Shown here piece after piece: positions 17,881 to 28,748 of a DNA stretch of 64,000 nt (the first letter of the stretch is position 1; each line of letters starts with the position of its first letter). The stretch covers positions 10,732 through 74,731 of the forward strand of contig CAYLKF010000007.1 of NCBI GenBank assembly GCA_964384365.1, read 5' to 3'. This DNA is from an uncultured Pseudomonadota bacterium. Lineage in GTDB: Bacteria > UBA10199 > JADFYH01. The notes under the pieces were generated by a model that searched no databases, was not told the origin of the DNA, and worked only from the letters and a program-made list of their open reading frames with translations. The position numbers and the translations under genes were made by a program.

Positions 17881-19365
17881 CTAGCGGCGTCGAGTGGAAG
17901 GGCGCAGTATAAGGTTCGAGCTAAAGTGCCAGGGGCTATGAAGGCGAGCAAGTAAACTTTGATTAGGATAAAACCGAAGCAGCAGGGCCTGGTTTATTTC
18001 AGAAGCGCCTACCTGTTGATAAGAAGAAAGAATCAAAGAAAGACTCAGTCTCTCGAGGTGAAATCCATCGGTGTCGAATAGTTCGTCCCAAATGGTTTTG
18101 CGTGCCTGACGATGGGGGCTTAAAGGAGACGTAGAAGGCGATAGTTGACTCAGTATATGCTCCGAAAATAGATCGGCAAACCATTCTTCAAAACTGTCAA
18201 AACAATGGCGAGTGTTGTCTGAAAATAGGCTTTCTCCACTGAGGGCCGGGAAAATATTGCTTGCCTCTACGTAGGGCTGCTGAGCCAAAAATCGGCTTTC
18301 AATGGCGCCTCGCCACGCTTCGAGAATAGATCTCGTTTCGTTTCTTGTAAAACGCCTGAGTACCATGTGCCCGAACTCATGAAAAAAATGGTGATCGAAG
18401 TCTGTGAAATGATAATATTCGGTAGTTTGAAGTTGTAAAAACTGAGAAAAGATAATTCGATTAGGAATGGGAAGGGTTTCACCGGCTACAAAAGAAGGAA
18501 TCTGACAGCGATCGACCCTATCGGAACTGGGTTCTTCTCTTTCGTCAAAGATTAGGCTGAAATCGGGTGTTCCGCCGCCAGGACTTAATAAAAATAAAAG
18601 CTGAGTGGGAGTGAGAAAAACTTTCAATCGATTAAAATAATCTACCAAACGAAAACGAATATTTTCCCAATGGGCCTCATGCGCAGGGCTTAAATAAACC
18701 GGTATACGATAAGGAATTCCCTCGATTTCGACTTCATGGAGAGTGAGTGAAAGATGTGCAGGGCATGCCTGAAAAGTGAGAGAAACCGGAGCGCGATCTG
18801 GAAAACTAGCGAGCTGTGCTCCATAGCCTTGAGCGCGGAGCTGAGCCTGAAAAGCCTGATCACTCGAAACGGGTAAAAGATTTCTATAAAATTCGATCAT
18901 TCCTAAAAGATATTGAATATCGCCTTGAGAGAGCTGGGCTAACATCGCTTGTTCGCTAGCGCTCGGAGAAAAATCTCCTGATGCATAGCCGATGTTTTGG
19001 GTGGGAGCGGCGCTTCGTTGAAGCAAACCTTCTAAAGTTTGACGAAACAAAAGAATGTGTCGCTCGTAGCTCGTACGATCCCAATGATGGGTGGCTGCGC
19101 TTTCGCTGTATCGAAACAGATCTGCCGAAAGAGGGCGCCCTGCTGAAGAAATCGGGTTGCCGGCCTGAAAGGGTATTTGAGCTTGAGAAAAACATTCAGC
19201 AAGAGGAGTGTCTCTTAAACTGCAGCTTTGTGCTGTTCCAAATGCTCGATGATCGGAGGGGGAAAGGGTATGGGTGAAGAGAGGAGGTAGGTGAACAAAG
19301 CTGGTGCCGATATATCCATCGGTTTCAAACAAATATTGGGTGCGTCTGGCGATTAAGGGATCCAC
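17881..19365 (-). CDS. Hypothetical zincin-like metallopeptidase
   Basis: HExxH in FFHEFGHMV plus downstream EEWFADLF; SD AAGGAG upstream; no signal peptide. Confidence 0.6.
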   Translation of the reverse strand: MDPLIARRTQYLFETDGYIGTSFVHLPPLFTHTLSPSDHRAFGTAQSCSLRDTPLAECFSQAQIPFQAGNPISSAGRPLSADLFRYSESAATHHWDRTSYERHILLFRQTLEGLLQRSAAPTQNIGYASGDFSPSASEQAMLAQLSQGDIQYLLGMIEFYRNLLPVSSDQAFQAQLRAQGYGAQLASFPDRAPVSLTFQACPAHLSLTLHEVEIEGIPYRIPVYLSPAHEAHWENIRFRLVDYFNRLKVFLTPTQLLFLLSPGGGTPDFSLIFDEREEPSSDRVDRCQIPSFVAGETLPIPNRIIFSQFLQLQTTEYYHFTDFDHHFFHEFGHMVLRRFTRNETRSILEAWRGAIESRFLAQQPYVEASNIFPALSGESLFSDNTRHCFDSFEEWFADLFSEHILSQLSPSTSPLSPHRQARKTIWDELFDTDGFHLERLSLSLILSSYQQVGASEINQALLLRFYPNQSLLARLHSPWHFSSNLILRPSTRRR

Positions 19366-19517
19366 TTTTACTCCTTCAAGCCTTCTTCGGCAGGTGCTCG
19401 AAAAGGTTGCTTGAGAACAAAAAAGAAGTTTAGGTCTGTGGGGTTATAAAATAATTGATTTCTCCTCTTCCCAAGCTTAGTCAAAAGTACGTTAATTTTT
19501 AAGGATTGGAGAATCAA

Positions 19518-20219
19518 ATGCCTCAAAAACTTCCTAAACTCTATCAATATAAAGTCTGCCCCTTTTGTTGGAAGGTGCGAACGGTTTTGGCCTACAAGAA
19601 AATTCCCTATGAAACCGTTGAAGTGCATCCTTTAAATAAAAAGGAAATTGCCTTTTCAAAAGATTATAAAAAAGTGCCACTTTATATCAACGCGCAAGGC
19701 AAGCAAGTGAACGATTCCACACCGATTATGCGAGCGATTGATGCGGAGTATCCCGAGAATCCTGTTTTTGAAAGTGAAGGCGAAAAGAAAAAAAGAGAAG
19801 ATCAGTGGCTGGATTGGTGCGACAAGAAATTGGTTCGCGCGCTGCCCCCTTTAATCTACAAAGATGTGAGCTCTTCTCTAAAAGCGTTTGATTATATTAC
19901 GAAAGTGGAGAAGTTTAGTTGGATCCAAAAGCGCTTGATTAAATACTCGGGTGCGATGGTGATGACGCTCGTCGCTAAAAAAAGTGCGAAAGAGCAAAAG
20001 ATCGAAAACCCTCAAGCTCATTTCGAAAAATGTTTGAAAGAGTGGGAGCAAACTTTAAATGCACCTTTTTTTGGCGGACAAAAACCGAATGGCGCCGATT
20101 TTGCCGCGTTTGGAATTTTGAAAAGTGTCGAAGAATTGCCGGCGGCATTTGAGAGTGTTCAGAAAAATAAAAAAGTGAAAGATTGGTTCCAAAAAATGGA
20201 AGCAACGATTTTAAATTAA
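19518..20219 (+). CDS. Glutathione S-transferase-like protein (mPGES-2-like, CPFC glutaredoxin motif)
   Basis: YQYKVCPFCWKVR, YKKVP, NDSTPI, FFGGQKPNGADFAAFG. Confidence 0.8.
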   Translation: MPQKLPKLYQYKVCPFCWKVRTVLAYKKIPYETVEVHPLNKKEIAFSKDYKKVPLYINAQGKQVNDSTPIMRAIDAEYPENPVFESEGEKKKREDQWLDWCDKKLVRALPPLIYKDVSSSLKAFDYITKVEKFSWIQKRLIKYSGAMVMTLVAKKSAKEQKIENPQAHFEKCLKEWEQTLNAPFFGGQKPNGADFAAFGILKSVEELPAAFESVQKNKKVKDWFQKMEATILN

Positions 20220-20246
20220 AGAATATTGTTGTAATAAGTTGAGCTT

Positions 20247-21494
20247 ATGAAAATCCAAATCCTTTCGATCGGTAATGAAGTGCTGTGTGGCGACATCGTG
20301 AATACGAACGCTGCCTGGCTTTCTCAAGAATTGTGGAAAAAGGGTTTTGAGGTGGTTCAGCACCTCACGATTGCCGATGACGAAGTCCAGATAACGGAAG
20401 CCCTTCAAAATGCCGTTTCAAAAGTCGATGTGGTGATTTCAACCGGCGGCTTAGGGCCCACAGTCGATGATTTTACGGTAGAAGTAGCTGCCAAGGCTTT
20501 TGGTTTGGGATTGGAGAAGAAGCTTGAGGTGATGACCGAGCTTCACAAATTTTATACCGCACGTGGCCGAAGCATGACTCCCAATCAAGAAAAACAGGCG
20601 ATGATTCCAAAGGGCGCGAAAGCCTTGATTAATCCAGTGGGTTCTGCACCAGGAGTTCAAGTCGAGTATCAAGGCGTGACTTACTTCTTTTTGCCGGGCG
20701 TTCCCAAAGAAATGAAAGAAATTTTTAGCCAATCGATTTTGCCTTGGCTTCAGTCTCATCAAAAAAGCCCCCGTTTTTTTGCGAGTCGCACTTTAAGATG
20801 CTTCGGTGCCGAAGAAGCCAAGCTCGATCACCTCATTCAACCCTTGTTAAAAGATAGGGTGGGGCTCGGAAATACCAAAATTGCTTACCGAGTTTCGATT
20901 CCCGAAGTTTTGATTAAGCTTTCATCGTGGGCTGAAAGTCAAAGTGCCGCAGAAGAAGAGCTAGAAAAATCGGTTTTGGCGATACGCGGCGTGGTGGGCG
21001 ATTTTATTTATGGAGAAAATGAAGAGAGTTTAGAAGAAGTAGTGGGTAAGCTTTTGAAAGAAAAAAATAACACCCTCGCTCTTGCCGAATCGTGCACGGG
21101 CGGCTTGATTGCCAATCGCGTTACGAATGTGCCCGGCGCTTCTCAATATTTTTTGGGGGGAGTGGTGGCTTATTCCAATGCGGTGAAAGTGAGTGAGCTG
21201 GGTGTGCGCGAAGAAACGCTTCAAAAATTTGGTGCTGTTTCGGCCGAAACTGCCTTGGAGATGGCTCAGGGGGTCCGGAGTAAATTTAAGTCTGATTGGG
21301 CTTTTGCCGTCACGGGCATTGCGGGCCCAGAGGGTGGAACTCCAGAAAAACCAGTAGGGACAGTTCATCTTGCTTGGGTAGGCCCCGATAAAATCAAAGA
21401 AAAAAAGTTTTGTTTTCCAACCAACCGGGAATGGTTCAAACAAATCGTGAGTGGTGTGGCGCTCAATGGCTTAAGAAAATATTTAAAATCTTAA
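20247..21494 (+). CDS. cinA: Competence/damage-inducible protein CinA (MocF + PncC domains)
   Basis: SIGNEVLCGDIVNTN, TGGLGPTVDD, LPGVPKEM, AESCTGG, TGIAGPEGG. Confidence 0.94.
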   Translation: MKIQILSIGNEVLCGDIVNTNAAWLSQELWKKGFEVVQHLTIADDEVQITEALQNAVSKVDVVISTGGLGPTVDDFTVEVAAKAFGLGLEKKLEVMTELHKFYTARGRSMTPNQEKQAMIPKGAKALINPVGSAPGVQVEYQGVTYFFLPGVPKEMKEIFSQSILPWLQSHQKSPRFFASRTLRCFGAEEAKLDHLIQPLLKDRVGLGNTKIAYRVSIPEVLIKLSSWAESQSAAEEELEKSVLAIRGVVGDFIYGENEESLEEVVGKLLKEKNNTLALAESCTGGLIANRVTNVPGASQYFLGGVVAYSNAVKVSELGVREETLQKFGAVSAETALEMAQGVRSKFKSDWAFAVTGIAGPEGGTPEKPVGTVHLAWVGPDKIKEKKFCFPTNREWFKQIVSGVALNGLRKYLKS

Positions 21495-21500
21495 AACTTT

Positions 21501-22553
21501 ATGGGTAATTTTTTCTTAAAAATTAAAGAGTTTTCCCAAAAAATTTTCAGTCGTTTTCCTTCACCCTTGGCTGTGAAATGGGGAATTGTGAGTGGTTGCC
21601 TCTTCGGAATTTCAACCCAAACTTTTTTTAGATGGTTCGAAAAAAAAGAAAAGTTTAGCCAGTGGATTCATCCTTTCATCGAAGGATCGATGGGAGTCAT
21701 GAGTATTGGCTATATTTTCATTTTACCGGCAGTGATTGGCGCGATTACTGTTTTTTTTCCTCGTCAGAAAATAAGTTGGGTGGGGGCTTTATTTTATCCG
21801 TGGATCAGCATTTTAATCTCAGCCTTATTTGCGTTTTTAATAGGTTGGGAGGGAGTCATTTGTTTTGTCATGGGCATAGTTGTGGCTTTGCCCCTCTCGA
21901 GTTTAGGCGGAATAAGCGCTTGGTTTTTTCGTCGTTATAAAGGAAAAAAAACGACTTCGGTTTTTATTGGCATACTTTTTTTGCTTCCTTTTACTTCGGG
22001 GTTTATCGAACAAAAACTTGATTATCCTCCTGTTTTGTTAAAAGCCGAGAACAGCATTATCATTCATGCGGTTCCCGAAGAAGTCTGGAAACAAATCATT
22101 GAAGTAAAGAAAATTGAAGAGCCCATTACAGGGTATTTCTATAAAATGGGATTCCCTAAGCCCATTGAAGCGACTTTAGAAGGAGAAGGTGTAGGAGCTG
22201 TTCGCATCGCAAAGTTTGAGAAAGGCCTTCAATTTATTGAAACGATCGATCAATGGGAGGGTCAAAAACGACTTTCCTTTTCTATTAAAAGTGACCCCAC
22301 TTCTACTCCTCCTACAACTTTAGATTCTCATGTGATGGTGGGTGGGGAATATTTCGATGTTTTACGAGGCACTTACCAAATCGAGCCCTTAGAAAATCAG
22401 CAAGTACGTCTTCACCTCAGCAGTCAGTTCCGTGTTTCGACTCGATTTAACTTTTACGCCGGTTTATGGGCTAAGTTTCTTATGAGTGATATTCAGAAGA
22501 GTATTTTAAAAGTTTTAAAACAACGCGCCGAGTCTATTTACCCCCCCCGCTAA
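21501..22553 (+). CDS. Membrane protein with C-terminal SRPBCC-like domain
   Basis: About 5 TM helices (EGVICFVMG) followed by IHAVPEEVW..I and F.E.IDQWE START-like pattern. Confidence 0.65.
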   Translation: MGNFFLKIKEFSQKIFSRFPSPLAVKWGIVSGCLFGISTQTFFRWFEKKEKFSQWIHPFIEGSMGVMSIGYIFILPAVIGAITVFFPRQKISWVGALFYPWISILISALFAFLIGWEGVICFVMGIVVALPLSSLGGISAWFFRRYKGKKTTSVFIGILFLLPFTSGFIEQKLDYPPVLLKAENSIIIHAVPEEVWKQIIEVKKIEEPITGYFYKMGFPKPIEATLEGEGVGAVRIAKFEKGLQFIETIDQWEGQKRLSFSIKSDPTSTPPTTLDSHVMVGGEYFDVLRGTYQIEPLENQQVRLHLSSQFRVSTRFNFYAGLWAKFLMSDIQKSILKVLKQRAESIYPPR

Positions 22554-22593
22554 GCTCGAAGGGATAAGAGAAAGTCTTTTTTTGAAAAGTGGG

Positions 22594-22621
22594 TTGACAA
22601 GCAAATGAAACACGATAAGTT
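22594..22621 (+). promoter_or_regulatory. Putative recA promoter
   Basis: TTGACA-16 nt-TAAGTT; SD GAGGAGG before ATG 22663. Confidence 0.45.
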
Positions 22622-22662
22622 TCAAGGCTAACCTTCCACCGAAAATAATCCGAGGAGGAATT

Positions 22663-23718
22663 ATGGAAACCGTGAATTCAACTGAAAAAGAAAAAGCGAT
22701 TCACTTAGCGCTGCAATCGATTGAAAAGCAATTTGGGAAAGGATCGATTCTTCGTTTAGGAGAAAAAGATTCCACACCGCGTACTGCTGCTGATGTTATT
22801 CCAAGCGGGTCGGTTTCTTTAGATTTGGCTTTAGGAATTGGTGGGTATCCTCGGGGGAGAATTGTTGAAATTTATGGCCCTGAATCAAGTGGTAAAACGA
22901 CTTTAACCTTGCATGCGATTGCCGAAGCACAGAAAAAAGGCGGGATTGTGGCCTTTATCGATGCGGAGCATGCTTTAGATGTGCAGTATGCAAAAAGATT
23001 AGGGGTTAAAGTTGAAGATTTACTCGTTTCACAACCCGATACCGGAGAACAAGCCTTAGAAATTGCGGAATCTTTAGTTCGTTCCAATGCGATCGATGTG
23101 GTTGTGATTGATTCGGTGGCGGCTTTAGTGCCGAAAGCCGAGCTCGAAGGCGAAATGGGCGATGCGCAAATGGGAGCTCAGGCGCGCTTGATGAGTCAGG
23201 CCTTGCGAAAGCTCACGGCGCTGGTTTCTAAAAGTAAAACGCTTCTTATTTTCATCAATCAAATTCGTATGAAAATCGGGGTGATGTTTGGAAACCCTGA
23301 AACCACCACCGGTGGAAATGCCTTAAAATTTTATGCCTCGGTTCGTTTGGATATTCGCCGCATTGGCGCCATTAAAGTGGGTGATCAAGTGGTTGGCAAT
23401 CGCACCCGCGTGAAGATTGTAAAAAACAAAGTGGCTCCTCCTTTTAAAGAAGTCGAATTCGATATCATTTATGGAGAAGGAATTTCAAAAGAGGGCGATT
23501 TGCTTGATTTGGCTTCTAATTCGGGAATCGTCGATAAGAGTGGTTCGTGGTTTACTTTCCAAAACGATCGCATTGGCCAGGGCCGAGAAAATGCGAAGCA
23601 ATATTTGAAAGAGAATCCATCGATTATCCAAGTGATCGAAAGTAAAATCCTCGAAAATTATGGCATTAAGCCCGCTGAGCCTAAGGGTGAGGTGAAAGAG
23701 AAAAAGAAAGCTTCATGA
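22663..23718 (+). CDS. recA: Recombinase RecA
   Basis: [48 protein letters not shown]. Confidence 0.99.
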   Translation: METVNSTEKEKAIHLALQSIEKQFGKGSILRLGEKDSTPRTAADVIPSGSVSLDLALGIGGYPRGRIVEIYGPESSGKTTLTLHAIAEAQKKGGIVAFIDAEHALDVQYAKRLGVKVEDLLVSQPDTGEQALEIAESLVRSNAIDVVVIDSVAALVPKAELEGEMGDAQMGAQARLMSQALRKLTALVSKSKTLLIFINQIRMKIGVMFGNPETTTGGNALKFYASVRLDIRRIGAIKVGDQVVGNRTRVKIVKNKVAPPFKEVEFDIIYGEGISKEGDLLDLASNSGIVDKSGSWFTFQNDRIGQGRENAKQYLKENPSIIQVIESKILENYGIKPAEPKGEVKEKKKAS

Positions 23719-26360
23719 CATCTAGTAAACTTACATCCAGTGAAATCCGAGAAAAATTCCTAAAATATTTTGAATCAAAAAAACATAGTCGGGTTCGAAG
23801 TTCTTCATTGATTCCTTCGAATGACCCTACTTTGTTTTTTACCAATGCAGGAATGGTGCAATTCAAAAACCTTTTTTTGGGTTTAGAAAAGGCGCCTTAT
23901 ACCCGCGCTACCACTTCTCAAAAGTGCATGCGTGTTTCGGGTAAGCACAACGATCTCGAAAATGTGGGCCGTACGCATCGTCACCATACTTTTTTTGAGA
24001 TGTTGGGTAATTTTTCATTCGGAGATTATTTCAAAAAAGAAGCCATTCAATTTGCTTGGGATTTTTTAACGCAAGAAGTGAAGATTGATCCGAAGCGCTT
24101 ATGGATTAGTGTTTTTCGTGAAGACGATGAAGCCGCGCAGATTTGGGAGAAAGATATTGGAATTTCGCCCGAGAGAATTTTGCGCTTAGATGAAAAAGAT
24201 AATTTTTGGAGCATGGGTGAAGAAGGCCCTTGTGGACCTTGCACCGAGATTCATTTTGATCATGGTGAAAAATATGGCTGTGGAAAGCCCGATTGCGCCG
24301 TGGGTTGCTCTTGCGACCGCTTCATGGAAATCTGGAATCTGGTTTTCATGCAGTTTAACCGCTCCGCGAATGGCGAGATGACTCAACTCCCTAAACCGAG
24401 CGTGGATACCGGAATGGGGCTCGAGCGCTTGGCCTGTGTGGTGCAGGGGGTGCATTCGAATTACGACAGCGATTTGTTTATGCCCCTCATTCAGGCCATC
24501 GAAAAAAGAGTGGGGCAAAAATATGGGCATGACGAAAAAACTGATCTCTCGATTCGTGTTTTGGCGGATCATATCCGTGCAGCCACTTTCTTGATTGGCG
24601 ATGGAGTTCAGCCGTCCAACGAAGGTCGCGGTTATGTGCTCCGGCGGATTTTAAGACGAGCGATCCGTCATGGACGTATGTTGGGCATGCGCGAAGCCTT
24701 TTTTTATGAACTAGCCGATACGGTGATTCAAGAAATGAAGGGCGCCTATCCGGAACTGGTAAAGCATCAAAGTTTTATTCAATCGGTGATCAAGGCCGAA
24801 GAAGAGCGTTTCTTAGCAACTTTAGAAAAAGGCTTGGAAATCATCCAAACCGAAATTGAAAAACAGAAAAAACAAAAAACACGCTGTTTTGAAGGTGCGG
24901 TGGTTTTTAAGCTCTACGATACTTTTGGTTTTCCGGTTGATCTCATTCAAAATATTGCCGACGAAGAAAAGTTTACTGTGGATATGGAAGGCTTCGAACA
25001 GTGCATGCTCGCTCAAAAAGAATCTGCACGTCGGGCCTGGAAAGGTTCGGGGCAAGAACGGGTGGGGCAGGTTTACCAAGAGCTTGCACAGCGTCTCCCG
25101 GCCACTCAATTTTTGGGTTATCAAACTTTAGAAACCGATTCGAAGATTTTGGCCCTCATCCGAAATGGTGAAGCGGTAGAAGAAGTTAAAAAAGAAGACG
25201 AAGTTTATGTGATTACCCAGAGTACTCCCTTTTACGGAGAATCAGGTGGGCAGGTGGGAGATCGAGGAGTGATCAGCTCAAAAGATTTTCGTATGGAAGT
25301 GCTCGATACCCAAAAGCCTACTCCACAACTCGTCATTCACCACGGAAAAGTTCTTCAAGGGCGGGCCGAAGTGGGGGAGAAAGTGCATTTGTTGGTTGAT
25401 GTGAAATATCGTCAACCCACTCGTTTAAATCATACTGCTACTCATTTGCTCCATGCAGCCTTGCGTCAAATTTTAGGCGATCATGTGCGTCAAGCAGGCT
25501 CGCTCGTAGCGCCGCATCGTTTGCGTTTTGATTTTAGCCACTTCGAACCCTTGAGTGAAGAACAGCTCGAGCAAATTGAGGGGCTGGTAAACCAAAAAAT
25601 CCGAGAAGATATTCCCGTTGGAAAATTTGAAATGGCATATGAAGAGGCCTTAAAAAAAGGGGCCATGGCTCTTTTTGGCGAAAAATATGGCGATGAAGTG
25701 CGCGTGCTCGAAATTGGAGAATTTTCAACCGAGCTCTGCGGAGGGACTCACGTTGATCGAACGGGCGAGATTGGATTTTTCAAGATTATCGAAGAAAGCT
25801 CAGTGGCAGCGGGTGTTCGTCGTATCGAAGCGATTACTGGAAGTGATGCTGAGGCACATACTCGTAAACTAGAACGTGAATTAAAAAATCTGGCCTTGCA
25901 ACTGAGGGTGGGAGTGAACGACTTGCCCGAGAAAATTGCAAAAGTAACCGAACAGCTCAAAAAAATGGAGAAAGAAATCTCCCTGCTTCGTAAAAAGATG
26001 CTGAGTGGCTCAGAATCGGCTGATTGGAGCAAAGAAATTCGCGAAAAACAAGGGGTGAAGCTTTTAGCGGTGAAAGCCGAGATTGAAGAAGTTCAGGCTT
26101 TGCGCGCTTTTTCCGATCAAGTTTTGGCAAAGTTAGGTTCGGGCATTGCCTTGGTGAGTACCACGCTTGAAGGAAAGGTTACCTTGATCGTGCGCGTTTC
26201 AAAAGATTTGACGTCGCGCTTTAAAGCAGGAGATTTGATTAAACCTTTGGCGGCCTTGGTGGGAGGTTCGGGAGGAGGGCGACCCGATATGGCTCAAGCC
26301 GGTGGATCTCAAATTGATAAACTCGATGAAGCTATTGCTCGATTCTATGAATTAGTGTAG
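23715..26360 (+). CDS. alaS: Alanine--tRNA ligase
   Basis: [37 protein letters not shown], editing HTATH and [20 protein letters not shown]. Confidence 0.99.
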   Translation: MTSSKLTSSEIREKFLKYFESKKHSRVRSSSLIPSNDPTLFFTNAGMVQFKNLFLGLEKAPYTRATTSQKCMRVSGKHNDLENVGRTHRHHTFFEMLGNFSFGDYFKKEAIQFAWDFLTQEVKIDPKRLWISVFREDDEAAQIWEKDIGISPERILRLDEKDNFWSMGEEGPCGPCTEIHFDHGEKYGCGKPDCAVGCSCDRFMEIWNLVFMQFNRSANGEMTQLPKPSVDTGMGLERLACVVQGVHSNYDSDLFMPLIQAIEKRVGQKYGHDEKTDLSIRVLADHIRAATFLIGDGVQPSNEGRGYVLRRILRRAIRHGRMLGMREAFFYELADTVIQEMKGAYPELVKHQSFIQSVIKAEEERFLATLEKGLEIIQTEIEKQKKQKTRCFEGAVVFKLYDTFGFPVDLIQNIADEEKFTVDMEGFEQCMLAQKESARRAWKGSGQERVGQVYQELAQRLPATQFLGYQTLETDSKILALIRNGEAVEEVKKEDEVYVITQSTPFYGESGGQVGDRGVISSKDFRMEVLDTQKPTPQLVIHHGKVLQGRAEVGEKVHLLVDVKYRQPTRLNHTATHLLHAALRQILGDHVRQAGSLVAPHRLRFDFSHFEPLSEEQLEQIEGLVNQKIREDIPVGKFEMAYEEALKKGAMALFGEKYGDEVRVLEIGEFSTELCGGTHVDRTGEIGFFKIIEESSVAAGVRRIEAITGSDAEAHTRKLERELKNLALQLRVGVNDLPEKIAKVTEQLKKMEKEISLLRKKMLSGSESADWSKEIREKQGVKLLAVKAEIEEVQALRAFSDQVLAKLGSGIALVSTTLEGKVTLIVRVSKDLTSRFKAGDLIKPLAALVGGSGGGRPDMAQAGGSQIDKLDEAIARFYELV

Positions 26361-26460
26361 AGAATACGAAAAGGTCTTTGGGTCAAATTTTTCAAAGCGT
26401 TGAAACGTTACTTTCAAAATTTACTTCAAAGATTCTTAGAGTCACCAATAAAGGTAAAAA

Positions 26461-26721
26461 ATGCCCATCATCGATGTAAAAGGGTTTAATCGTTGGCAAG
26501 ATGAAATTCTCGTCTTAGATGAAAATCTCAATGGCGAAGTTGATCCTTCCGATGTTTTTATTGCGCTCAATTTGCCCGATGTAAAACGCGATAGTAAAAT
26601 TTCTTGGAATCATCCTCGATTCAAAGAACTCCGCGATGAATATGTGGCCTTTCTAAAAGCTGAAGTCGAAGAAGAAAAACTCCAAGAGCAAGATCTTGTT
26701 CCTTCTTCGGGTTCTTCATGA
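26461..26721 (+). CDS. Hypothetical protein
   Basis: 86-aa ORF with SD AAAGG; ATGA overlap with the next gene. Confidence 0.5.
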   Translation: MPIIDVKGFNRWQDEILVLDENLNGEVDPSDVFIALNLPDVKRDSKISWNHPRFKELRDEYVAFLKAEVEEEKLQEQDLVPSSGSS

Positions 26722-27155
26722 AAAAAGTTTTTCTTTTTTTGCTTCTCTGTTTATCGGCTTGCCATTCTCCCTCAATCTATTTTCCTCAAGGACAAAACGA
26801 AGCCTTGCTTGATGTAAGTGTTCTTCTTAAAAAGGGGCCTCATTTCAATGAAGAAGGTTTTGAGATGGTGCATTTAGGCAAAAGTGCGCAATACAGCGCA
26901 CATTTAGTTTGGATTAAAGATCAAGAAAAACCTCATTTGCATCAAGCGCACGAAGGAACGATTTTTTTACTCCAAGGAAAAGGCGTTTTGCATTTAAGAG
27001 ATCAAAAGATTTACTTAAGGCCAGGAGATATTGCGAGTATTCCTCAAAACACCCCGCACTTTTTTAAAAATGAATCGGATGAGCCTGTTGCGGCGTATGT
27101 GTTGTTTGCACCGCCGTTAGAAAACCCCGATTACGTTCCTGTTTCTTCTTTCTAG
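26718..27155 (+). CDS. Cupin-domain lipoprotein
   Basis: Lipobox LSAC; PHLHQAHEGTIF and IPQNTPHFF cupin motifs. Confidence 0.8.
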   Translation: MKKVFLFLLLCLSACHSPSIYFPQGQNEALLDVSVLLKKGPHFNEEGFEMVHLGKSAQYSAHLVWIKDQEKPHLHQAHEGTIFLLQGKGVLHLRDQKIYLRPGDIASIPQNTPHFFKNESDEPVAAYVLFAPPLENPDYVPVSSF

Positions 27156-27550
27156 TCTAAGTAGCGAATTTCTCCTCGCGGAGCCGAAGAATATTTCTGC
27201 ACAATGTGTAGAAGATTATCGAGCGAAAAAGGTTTGGGCAGATAGGCATCGGCCCCCAGTTCTAAGGCTTTTTCGATATCTTCACCGCTATTTTTGGCCG
27301 AGATAATAATGAGGGGAATTTCTCGGTAATCTTCAGACGATTTCAAATAGTCGCAGACTTCAAAACCATTGGGCGAAGGCATCATCAAATCGAGCAAGAT
27401 GCAATCGGGGCGCTCTTTTTTGCCAATTTCCCAAAGGGCCCGCAATCCATCCCGCGCGGTATGCAGGGTATAGCCCTCTTTTTCGAGATTGTATTTTAAA
27501 ATTTGTAAGAGATCTTCGTCGTCTTCAATTACAAAGATTGTTTTATCCAT
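27152..27550 (-). CDS. Single-domain response regulator
   Basis: VIEDD, LLDLMMP (phospho-Asp), IIISA, YLPKPF. Confidence 0.92.
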   Translation of the reverse strand: MDKTIFVIEDDEDLLQILKYNLEKEGYTLHTARDGLRALWEIGKKERPDCILLDLMMPSPNGFEVCDYLKSSEDYREIPLIIISAKNSGEDIEKALELGADAYLPKPFSLDNLLHIVQKYSSAPRGEIRYLD

Positions 27551-27619
27551 AACTTGTTCCTTTCTTTTTAAGGAGAAGCTAAAGGAGTTTTGTGAAGAAT
27601 GAGTGACGGAGGAGTGAAA

Positions 27620-28057
27620 TTAAGAAAGTTTTCTTAAAGGATTTTCCCATTGAAGACTAGGAAAACGAGAAAAATCAGCATCGGTTGAATAGAGAGCGCA
27701 GCCATTTTCAATTGCTAAGGCTGCCAGATGGGCATCGGAACTTAAGTTAGCGGTTGCTTGTCCCTCTTTTAGTAACAATTGCAGGATTTCCCAATGCTTT
27801 GAGCTGGGATGGATTACCTTGACGCAAGGCTGTTCAAACCAACTTTGCACCCTTTTAATGGCTTGCGGAATTGAAAGGGGTTTTTCAAAAACACGCGAGT
27901 GCGTACTAATACGAATGAAAGCCATCACCACAGGCCAACATAAACAGACGGGATCTTCTTGAGAAAGTTGTTTGTCCCACCATTGTCGAGCTTTTTTATT
28001 AAGAGCGCTATTGGAATCTTCTGCATACAGGAGAATATTAGCATCGACCAAAATCAT
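27620..28057 (-). CDS. vapC: VapC PIN-domain toxin
   Basis: MILVDANILLYA, DAHLAALAIENG..LYSTDADFSRFP. Confidence 0.92.
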   Translation of the reverse strand: MILVDANILLYAEDSNSALNKKARQWWDKQLSQEDPVCLCWPVVMAFIRISTHSRVFEKPLSIPQAIKRVQSWFEQPCVKVIHPSSKHWEILQLLLKEGQATANLSSDAHLAALAIENGCALYSTDADFSRFPSLQWENPLRKLS

Positions 28058-28299
28058 CGAGAATCTTCCCCTTCCAATTGGCTGAGTAGATCTTGGATGC
28101 GGTCCAAATCATAACCCTTCTTCAATTTTAGGCGGTGGGGAGTTGTTTTGTAGGGGCGTTTTTTACTGCCTTTTTCGATTTCACTTAAGCCTAAGCGCAA
28201 CGCTTGATTGACGATCTTTTTAAGAGAGCTTTTCGATTTTTGAGCCACTGCTTTGGCTTTATCGAGCACATCGTGGTCAAAATTTAAAGTGGTACGCAT
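28054..28299 (-). CDS. vapB: VapB-type antitoxin
   Basis: MRTTLNFDHDVL RHH-like N-terminus; overlaps the vapC start. Confidence 0.85.
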   Translation of the reverse strand: MRTTLNFDHDVLDKAKAVAQKSKSSLKKIVNQALRLGLSEIEKGSKKRPYKTTPHRLKLKKGYDLDRIQDLLSQLEGEDSR

Positions 28300-28304
28300 A
28301 TAGC

Positions 28305-28335
28305 GACATCTTAGCATCACCAGAAGTGATGTCAA
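28305..28335 (-). promoter_or_regulatory. vapBC promoter with overlapping inverted-repeat operator
   Basis: Minus strand TTGACA (28335-28330)-16 nt-TAAGAT (28313-28308); GACATC-N17-GATGTC palindrome at 28305-28333. Confidence 0.65.
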
Positions 28336-28343
28336 GGCATCAC

Positions 28344-28703
28344 TTACAAAGCCTGAATGACGATCCGGGCCGAGGCGAGGTTGGTGGCGAGTGGGATGTT
28401 ATGCACATCGGCCAGCCTTAAAAGCATGAAGATATCGGGCTCGTGGGGGTGAATGCCTAGAGGGTCGCGCAAGAAAATCACTCCATCGACTTTTCCATTC
28501 ACGATTTCAGCGGCAATTTGCGCATCGCCACCCTTCGGGCCACTTTCCATTTTTTGAACTTTTAAACCGGCTTCTTCAATATATTTTCCGGTGGTGCCCG
28601 TCGCAATGAGCTTAAATTTTTTGATGAGCTTTAAGTTATCTTTTACAAAAGCCACCATTTCGGCTTTTTTGCCGTCGTGGGCAATGAGGGCAAGGGTTTT
28701 CAT
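28344..28703 (-). CDS. mgsA: Methylglyoxal synthase
   Basis: ALIAHDGKK, ATGTTG, SGPKGGDAQI, HPHEPDI..LLRLADVHNIPLATN. Confidence 0.95.
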   Translation of the reverse strand: MKTLALIAHDGKKAEMVAFVKDNLKLIKKFKLIATGTTGKYIEEAGLKVQKMESGPKGGDAQIAAEIVNGKVDGVIFLRDPLGIHPHEPDIFMLLRLADVHNIPLATNLASARIVIQAL

Positions 28704-28748
28704 AGCATCCTCTCAATTAAAGTTTTTTTAAGCTTACTTTCTAACCTA

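Noticed and set aside
22553-22662. LexA box upstream of recA
   Set aside because: No motif I can match with confidence.
26361-26460. Possible seventh family-1 copy (GGTCAAATTTTTC...TACTTCAAA)
   Set aside because: Only short matches; no inner stem or conserved cores.
8759-28335. Prophage or genomic island suggested by ORF6N and vapBC
   Set aside because: No integrase, structural or replication genes; both sit among housekeeping genes.
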